Assembly: GCA_943846785.1 (NCBI GenBank)
Contig: OX044367.1
Coordinates: 132,276 to 196,275 of the forward strand
DNA: 64,000 nt
Direction: 5' to 3'
Origin: an uncultured SAR86 cluster bacterium
GTDB taxonomy: Bacteria > Pseudomonadota > Gammaproteobacteria > Magnimaribacterales > D2472
This document shows positions 58,023-64,000 of the stretch, in pieces. The translations under genes and the position numbers were made by a program. The notes under the pieces were generated by a model that made no database searches, was not told where the DNA came from, and worked only from the letters and a program-made list of their open reading frames with translations. Each line of letters starts with the position of its first letter. The first letter of the stretch is position 1.

Positions 58023-59144
58023 ATGAGTGACATTATAAACTTTCTAGCTCTAATAGCTATTTGCACAACTGGCATTCTTTTGTGGATAGGATTTAAAAAG
58101 TTTGATGGCATTTTGAATAAAAAAATTGATGGTGCTTTTGATGAAGCAAAGAATGACGCTACTGAAAGTATTAATGAAAAACATATATCAGAATTAAAGA
58201 ATCAATTAGAAGCAAAACTGAAGCCTTTTAGTGAGCTAATGCAAAGAGAAATAGATCAGTTACAAGAAAGTATTAAAAAACAAAGTCTTGAGAGAGCAAA
58301 ATCTGAAGGAAGATTTACTGAACAAATAGATAGTCTAAGAAGTGCTACTTTTGGTATGCAAGAAGATGCTCAAAATCTAACAAAAGCTCTTAAGGGTGAT
58401 GTCCAACAACAAGGAGCATGGGGTGAGCAAGTTCTTGAAACTGCATTAGAAAAAGCTGGCTTACAAGAGAATATTAGTTACTATCTTCAACCAACTTATA
58501 AAGACAGAAAAGGAAATAATCTTAGACCAGATGCTGTAATAATGCTTCCAAATGAAAGAAATATTGTTATTGATTCAAAAGTATCTTTAACTGCATATGA
58601 AAGGTTTGTGAATGCAGAAGATGAAGAAGAAAAGAAGTCATATCTAAAAGATCATATAGACTCAATTAAAAAACATATAAAAATTCTATCAGCAAAAAAC
58701 TATAATGATCTTGAAGATCTTAATGCTCCAGACTATCTATTTATCTTTGTACCAATAGATTCAGCACTCTCAGTTGCTCTAATAAATGATTGGAATCTGC
58801 AAACACTAGCAAATGATAATAAAATTGCTTTTGTAACACCTATTAATTTAATAGCTATATTAAGAATTGCAGAAAATCTATGGAGACTAGATAGTCAGAA
58901 TAAGCATGCTGAAGATATAGCCAGTAGAGCTGGTTTATTATTTGATAAATTTTCAAATCTAAATAAAGATCTCTCTGAGATTGGAAGACATATAGATAAA
59001 GTTCAAGAATCTTATAATTCTGCAATAAGCAAATTATCTGAAGGTGATGGCAATCTATTTACGCATGTTAATAAACTTAAAGACCTTGGCGCAAAAACAC
59101 AGAAAGAGTTATCAAAACCTAAAAAAAGCTATATTGAGGATTAA
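58023..59144 (+). CDS. rmuC: DNA recombination protein RmuC
   Basis: An N-terminal TM helix, a long coiled coil and the RmuC nuclease-like core (RPDAVIMLPNERNIVIDSKVSL) are present. The start is moved to the ATG at 58023, because the ORF-track start at 57918 overlaps the aminotransferase gene. Confidence 0.8.
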   Translation: MSDIINFLALIAICTTGILLWIGFKKFDGILNKKIDGAFDEAKNDATESINEKHISELKNQLEAKLKPFSELMQREIDQLQESIKKQSLERAKSEGRFTEQIDSLRSATFGMQEDAQNLTKALKGDVQQQGAWGEQVLETALEKAGLQENISYYLQPTYKDRKGNNLRPDAVIMLPNERNIVIDSKVSLTAYERFVNAEDEEEKKSYLKDHIDSIKKHIKILSAKNYNDLEDLNAPDYLFIFVPIDSALSVALINDWNLQTLANDNKIAFVTPINLIAILRIAENLWRLDSQNKHAEDIASRAGLLFDKFSNLNKDLSEIGRHIDKVQESYNSAISKLSEGDGNLFTHVNKLKDLGAKTQKELSKPKKSYIED

Positions 59145-59159
59145 GTAAGCTTTAAATAG

Positions 59160-59999
59160 TTATAAGTAAAACCTTCGCCACATATTTAAACCAAAAAATA
59201 ATGAAGCCATCCATAATAATACTTCAGGTATATTTGGGTTGCTATTGTACCCAAAGAATCCTTTTGCAAAAACACCAATAGATCCTTTGTCATGAAGTGG
59301 ATGATAGATTTTTATGCCCTCATCTATTTCCTGAGGTTCTAAGATATTCCATGGCCTGGTTACTTCAGATTCTTCTATTTTGTCCGATTTAACTAGATAT
59401 TCTTCAAATTCATGAGTTCCATATGCAACCATTCCGGCTGCTAAGAAGACAAGAAGCAAAGTTGTATATTTAAATACATATTTTAAGTTAATTCTTCGAC
59501 CTTGAAGGACAATCAAATAGCCAATCAAAATAGCCAGAATAGCACCAGTCAAAAAACCGATATAAGAAAAAGACCCTGTTATAGAAAAACTAGAAATGAG
59601 AAATACTGCTGTTTCAAAGCCTTCTCTTAGAATTGCAAAAAACACTACAAAAAATACGCCCCATGATGAAAGCTCTATTGCTCCTAAAGTTTTACCCTCA
59701 AGCTCTTTCCTATCACTCACATGCTTTGAAAGCCAAAAAATTACATACCAAATTAATAAAGCTGTTAAATATAAAAAGACTGCTTCAAATAATGCAGCTG
59801 TAGAGTCATTTCCCAAAGAATTTTTAGCGCTTAGCACTAAATATCCAACTATCACACTGGCTATAATAGCTGCAGCTACTCCAGTCCATAACTTATAAAA
59901 ATGACTAGTTTGGTTAGATTTTTCAAGAATTAAATAAATAATGCCCACAACTAGTGATGCCTCAAGTACCTCTCTAAATGTGATAATAAATTCACTCAT
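59160..59999 (-). CDS. FTR1/EfeU-family high-affinity iron permease
   Basis: Two REXXE motifs (FREVLEA, LREGFET) are present in a seven-helix protein. Confidence 0.8.
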   Translation of the reverse strand: MSEFIITFREVLEASLVVGIIYLILEKSNQTSHFYKLWTGVAAAIIASVIVGYLVLSAKNSLGNDSTAALFEAVFLYLTALLIWYVIFWLSKHVSDRKELEGKTLGAIELSSWGVFFVVFFAILREGFETAVFLISSFSITGSFSYIGFLTGAILAILIGYLIVLQGRRINLKYVFKYTTLLLVFLAAGMVAYGTHEFEEYLVKSDKIEESEVTRPWNILEPQEIDEGIKIYHPLHDKGSIGVFAKGFFGYNSNPNIPEVLLWMASLFFGLNMWRRFYL

Positions 60000-60027
60000 A
60001 TTATATGACTCCGTATATTTTTCTAGA

Positions 60028-60042
60028 TGAGAATGATTCTTA
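60028..60042. promoter_or_regulatory. Fur-box-like dyad upstream of the FTR1 permease gene
   Basis: TGAGAAT-G-ATTCTTA matches the 7-1-7 Fur model TGATAAT-N-ATTATCA at 11 of 14 positions and contains the perfect palindrome AGAATGATTCT. It lies 29 nt upstream of the permease start. A chance match is plausible in AT-rich DNA. Confidence 0.35.
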
Positions 60043-60130
60043 TTTAAATTGTAGCTAACTTTTAAGTAAATTTGAAGCTTATTTGATGATTAGCTATGGG
60101 CTTTTAGAGTATAAGTTGAGACAATGAGCC

Positions 60131-61363
60131 ATGAAAAGAGTTGCGGTAATTGGAGCAGGAATTGCAGGAACAACAACTGCATATGCACTTCTTAAGAAAG
60201 GCTACAGAGTAACTATTATAGACTCTAGGCGCTACCCTGCTATGGCAACTAGCTATGCGAATGGCGGTCAATTAAGTGCAAGTAATGCTGAGACATGGAA
60301 TACGCCCAAAAATGTAATGAATGGCATGAAATGGATGTTTAAGCCAGATGCTCCCTTATTATTTAACCCCTCACCTGAAATACAAAAATATAAATGGATG
60401 ATGGGTTTTCTTTGGGCTACATTAAAAGGAGAGCATAAAAAAAATACTCTTGAAACCATAGATATGGCAAAAAAAGCTAGAGAAATTTATTTTAAAATTG
60501 CTGACGAAGAAGGTATAGAGTTTGAGCTTCTTAAGAAAGGTATTTTGCGATTTTATGATTCAGAAAAAGAGTTTAAGTTAGATCAAGCAAAAACATCATG
60601 GTTAGATCAGGAAGGTATGGAATGGGATACCCTCACAACTGAAGAGGTTAAAGAACTTGAGCCTGCTTTTAAAAATAATGCTAATTACGAAAAAATAGTT
60701 GGGGGCATTTATACAAAATCAGATGCTAGCGGTGACATACATAAATTCTGCACTAATCTTGAAAAGGTGCTGGTTGATAAATATTCTGCAAACCTTCAGC
60801 TTGATACTACTGTTGAGTACATATCTAGGCAAAGAGATGAATTGGTGTTGACTATGCGTAAAGAGAATGAGGTTATGAATGAAGCTTTTGATAATGTAAT
60901 TATTTGTGCAGGAGTGGGTACACAAGGTTTTGCTGATAGGCTTGGAGACAAAATGAATATCTATCCTGTAAAAGGTTATAGCGTAACAATAGATTTAAAA
61001 GATGATATTTCAAAAAGTTGCGCTCCTTCAGTTTCACTTATTGATCAACCAGTAAAAATAGTTGCTAGTCGACTTGGGGATAGATTTAGGGTTGCTGGAA
61101 CAGCAGAGCTTGCAGGAATTAATACAGATATACGTCAGAATCGAATAAGACCACTTTTAGATTGGGTTGAAAAATACTTCCCTAACGTTAGTACAGAGAC
61201 TTACACACCCTGGGCAGGCTTAAGACCTATGACTCCAAATATGATGCCAATAACTTCTGAAAGTAAAATGAAAGGAGTTTTTTACCATGCTGGTCATGGA
61301 CATCTTGGTTGGACTTTAAGTGCGGAAACAGCAAATCAGGTTGTAAGCAAGCTTGAAAATTAA
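60131..61363 (+). CDS. dadA: D-amino-acid dehydrogenase (FAD)
   Basis: The N-terminal fold VAVIGAGIAGTTTAY and the C-terminal GHGHLGWTLSA are typical of DadA. Confidence 0.75.
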   Translation: MKRVAVIGAGIAGTTTAYALLKKGYRVTIIDSRRYPAMATSYANGGQLSASNAETWNTPKNVMNGMKWMFKPDAPLLFNPSPEIQKYKWMMGFLWATLKGEHKKNTLETIDMAKKAREIYFKIADEEGIEFELLKKGILRFYDSEKEFKLDQAKTSWLDQEGMEWDTLTTEEVKELEPAFKNNANYEKIVGGIYTKSDASGDIHKFCTNLEKVLVDKYSANLQLDTTVEYISRQRDELVLTMRKENEVMNEAFDNVIICAGVGTQGFADRLGDKMNIYPVKGYSVTIDLKDDISKSCAPSVSLIDQPVKIVASRLGDRFRVAGTAELAGINTDIRQNRIRPLLDWVEKYFPNVSTETYTPWAGLRPMTPNMMPITSESKMKGVFYHAGHGHLGWTLSAETANQVVSKLEN

Positions 61364-61365
61364 TT

Positions 61366-62028
61366 TTAAGGTAAATCTATAATTTCCCAATTATTTTTAA
61401 TACTTATCTCTCGTAATTGATCATCAGGGTTAACTGCTTTTGGAATTCCTACTGCTTCTAGTAGAGGAAAATCGTTTATTGAATCAGAATAAAATGTTAC
61501 ATCTTCAAAATTATCAATATCATTTTGTAATGCCCACTCTTTGACCTTTAAAAGCTTACCAGCTCCTAATGCAGGTTTTCCCAAAATTTTTCCTGAATAT
61601 ACCCCTTCAATAATTTCAACTTCACTTGCAACTACATATTCAAACCCTAATCTTTTAGCAATAGGATTAACTATTACAGAATTTGTAGCGGATGCCAAAA
61701 GCATAATGTCATTATTATGATGATGGTTATGTAACAGCCTTAATGCATAAATATTTATCATCGGCTCTATAACTGAGATTAAAAACTTAGATATGAGCCC
61801 TTCAATGTCATTTGGGGTCTTGTCTTTAATAGTTGAAAGAGCGAATTCTGCCCATTCATCATAATCTAACTTTCCTTCATAATATTGATCATAAAAATAT
61901 TTATTTTTCTTTTCATATTCTTCTTTATCAACATGGCCTTCATTTATTAAAAAATTAATCCACGAATAATCGGAATCCCCATTAAGAATGGTATTATCTA
62001 AATCAAATATTACTAATTTTCTTTTCAT
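61366..62028 (-). CDS. HAD-IB family hydrolase (SerB-like phosphatase)
   Basis: Motif I FDLDNT and motif IV YSDSINDFPLL are present. Confidence 0.7.
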   Translation of the reverse strand: MKRKLVIFDLDNTILNGDSDYSWINFLINEGHVDKEEYEKKNKYFYDQYYEGKLDYDEWAEFALSTIKDKTPNDIEGLISKFLISVIEPMINIYALRLLHNHHHNNDIMLLASATNSVIVNPIAKRLGFEYVVASEVEIIEGVYSGKILGKPALGAGKLLKVKEWALQNDIDNFEDVTFYSDSINDFPLLEAVGIPKAVNPDDQLREISIKNNWEIIDLP

Positions 62029-62046
62029 AAAATACTAACTCATATA

Positions 62047-62532
62047 ATGATTCTTGAACCAGGATACAGATTAAATGTCGGTCTAATCATTATTAATGAT
62101 AAAGGTAAATTACTACTATGCAAAAGAAAAGAAACTAATAATTGGCAATTTCCTCAAGGTGGAATTGATGAAGGTGAAACTTCATTGAAGGCTGCTAAAA
62201 GAGAACTCTTTGAGGAAGTAGGAATAACCTCAAACTCAGTAACTCTTTTGGGTAGTTCTAAAAATTGGTATAAATATGATGTACCAAAGCTACAAAGAAA
62301 GAAAAATTTTATAAAAAAGAAAATAAAAGGGCAAAATCAAAAGTGGTATATGTTTGAACTAAAAAAAGAAGTAAATATTAGCTTTATCAATGATCCTGAT
62401 AATGAATTCGATGATTATAAATGGGTATCATACTGGTATCCATTATTTAAAATTGTCTCATTTAAAAATCATGTGTATAGAAAGGTTTTAAATGAAATGA
62501 GGCATCTATATTGTAAAAGAGATATTAAATGA
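62047..62532 (+). CDS. rppH: RNA pyrophosphohydrolase (Nudix)
   Basis: The N-terminus GYRLNVGLII and the Nudix box GGIDEGETSLKAAKRELFEEVGI are present. Confidence 0.85.
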   Translation: MILEPGYRLNVGLIIINDKGKLLLCKRKETNNWQFPQGGIDEGETSLKAAKRELFEEVGITSNSVTLLGSSKNWYKYDVPKLQRKKNFIKKKIKGQNQKWYMFELKKEVNISFINDPDNEFDDYKWVSYWYPLFKIVSFKNHVYRKVLNEMRHLYCKRDIK

Positions 62533-63317
62533 TTGAAGAAATGATAATTTTTATATCGCTAGGAGTTTTCTCAGGTCTCATTGCTGGGCTTTTTGGAATT
62601 GGAGGAGGAACACTAATAGTCCCTGTTTTAGTTGCTTGTTTCTTTAGTATGGGATTTGAAGAGAGCATTATTGTTCATTTAGCATTAGGTACATCGATGG
62701 CTTGTATATTTTTTACTGGTTTAGCTTCTGCTAATGCACACAAAAAAAAGAATGCGATTGATTTTGGAGTCATGAAGCCAGTGGTCATTGGAATTATCTT
62801 TGGATCTTTTTTAGGAGCAATTTTTGCTATTCAAATAGCTGGATCAATATTAAAAATTATTATTGGCCTATTTGCATTATTTGTAGCAATCCAAATAGGC
62901 TTCCAACTAGAATTACGAAGAAGAAGAAGTGATAATAAATCTACATCTTATGTCGCAGGCTCGTCTATTGGTTTCTTGTCATCAATTTTAGGCATTGGAG
63001 GTGGAATATTTTCGGTCTCCTATTTTAAAAGCTCTGGCCTAAGCCTTACCACCAGTATTGGTACATCTGCAGCATGTGGGGTGCCAATTGCCATATTTGC
63101 ATCACTTGGATATATATTTGTAGGTTTTAATAATTCAGTGTTACCACCCATGAGCATTGGTTATATATATCTTCCAGCTGTTATTGGAGTTTCGATAACC
63201 AGTATTTTTACTGCTGTTTATGGAGCAAAGCTAGCTCATTTTATTTCAGAAAAATTACTTAGAAATTTACTTATTTCTTTGATGCTAACTATATCAATAT
63301 ATATGATAGCTTTATGA
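62529..63317 (+). CDS. TauE/SafE family anion exporter
   Basis: This is a 262-aa polytopic protein with the duplicated GIGGG motif (GLFGIGGGTLIVP, ILGIGGGIFSV). Confidence 0.75.
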   Translation: MIEEMIIFISLGVFSGLIAGLFGIGGGTLIVPVLVACFFSMGFEESIIVHLALGTSMACIFFTGLASANAHKKKNAIDFGVMKPVVIGIIFGSFLGAIFAIQIAGSILKIIIGLFALFVAIQIGFQLELRRRRSDNKSTSYVAGSSIGFLSSILGIGGGIFSVSYFKSSGLSLTTSIGTSAACGVPIAIFASLGYIFVGFNNSVLPPMSIGYIYLPAVIGVSITSIFTAVYGAKLAHFISEKLLRNLLISLMLTISIYMIAL

Positions 63318-64000
63318 TTATTGAATTATCAGACTTTTTTAATAACCCTAGTCTCTTAGAAATAGGGTCAGTAAAAATTCAGTATTATGCTGTTACCTGG
63401 CTATTATCAGCATACTTGATATATCTATTTTTAAAATCTAATAAAATTATTAAAGAAATTAATCTTTCTTCTGAAAGAGTAAATGACTTGGTTTTTTTAT
63501 ATGGTCTTTTTTTTGGTGCAATGTGTGGGGGAAGAGTCGGATACATGTTGTTCTACGGAACAGATCAGTTAATTAATAATCCTATTTCTCTATTTTTTGT
63601 ATGGCAAGGTGGGCTCAGTTTTCATGGAGGCCTTTTGGGCGTTGTAGTTAGTGTAATTATTTTTTGTAAAAAATATGAAGTGAAGTTTTTGAGATTAATG
63701 GATGCTGTAGCCTTATCAATGCCAATTGGCCTTGGGCTCGTAAGGATTGGTAACTTTTTAAATGGCGAGCTATATGGAAAGCCTACAAGTGGAGACTGGG
63801 GATTTATCTTCCCAACAGATCCATTTGGATATTTAAGACATCCCTCTCAGCTATATGAGAGTTTTGGTGAAGGGATTGTATTATTTTTGATGTTATATTT
63901 TATTAGTAAGCTTAATAATATACATGGTGTTGTTTGCTCGTCATTTCTTATACTTTATGGCTCAATAAGATTTATAATTGAATTTTTTAGACAGCCTGAT
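63314..64000 (+). CDS. lgt: Prolipoprotein diacylglyceryl transferase, 5' part (runs off the window; not in the ORF track)
   Basis: My own translation from the ATG at 63314 (ATGA overlap with the upstream stop) gives ..GGRVGYMLFY..WQGGLSFHGGLLG..RIGNFLNGELYGKPT..RHPSQLYES.., which are Lgt signatures. The frame is still open at nt 64000. Confidence 0.85.
   Translation, partial: MIIELSDFFNNPSLLEIGSVKIQYYAVTWLLSAYLIYLFLKSNKIIKEINLSSERVNDLVFLYGLFFGAMCGGRVGYMLFYGTDQLINNPISLFFVWQGGLSFHGGLLGVVVSVIIFCKKYEVKFLRLMDAVALSMPIGLGLVRIGNFLNGELYGKPTSGDWGFIFPTDPFGYLRHPSQLYESFGEGIVLFLMLYFISKLNNIHGVVCSSFLILYGSIRFIIEFFRQPD

Overview
AT-rich, tightly packed bacterial chromosome segment of about 76 protein genes plus one tRNA. 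No rRNA, CRISPR array, transposase, integrase or prophage gene was recognised. Gene content and order resemble Pseudomonadales-type Gammaproteobacteria: coq7; trpEGDC; rpe; amgK-murU; lptD-surA-pdxA-rsmA-apaH; cca; folB-folK; tsaD | rpsU; rph-pyrE; gmk-rpoZ-spoT; ubiC-ubiA; a glnA-slot gene followed by ntrBC; mutY-yggX; rppH ... lgt. The low GC, 1-11 nt gene overlaps and shortened proteins suggest a streamlined marine lineage. A SAR86-like identity is only a guess.

Most of the window is housekeeping: tryptophan, folate, pyrimidine, riboflavin and ubiquinone synthesis, envelope biogenesis, the stringent response and nitrogen control. More accessory content lies at 43.5-56.4 kb. It includes a dimethylglycine/sarcosine-dehydrogenase-like gene, tRNA-Phe, a P450, a serine hydrolase, an SDR, psd-pssA, malonyl-CoA decarboxylase and a patch of small unknown genes.

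I found no convincing novel multi-gene system such as a defence island or biosynthetic cluster. The observations most worth follow-up are:
- A secreted protein with four exact 48-nt, Met-rich tandem repeats, sitting among small unknown membrane genes (54.9-56.4 kb).
- A type II, eukaryote-like glutamine synthetase in the glnA slot of glnA-ntrBC, behind a sigma-54 promoter.
- A minimal SF2 helicase joined to the end of the trp operon by a TTGA overlap.
- A rubredoxin gene missing from the ORF track, coupled to a DAACS symporter upstream of a pyrophosphatase with Na+-pump signatures.
- An orphan P450 next to tRNA-Phe.

All family assignments come from motif recognition by eye and memory. No database search or computation was run.
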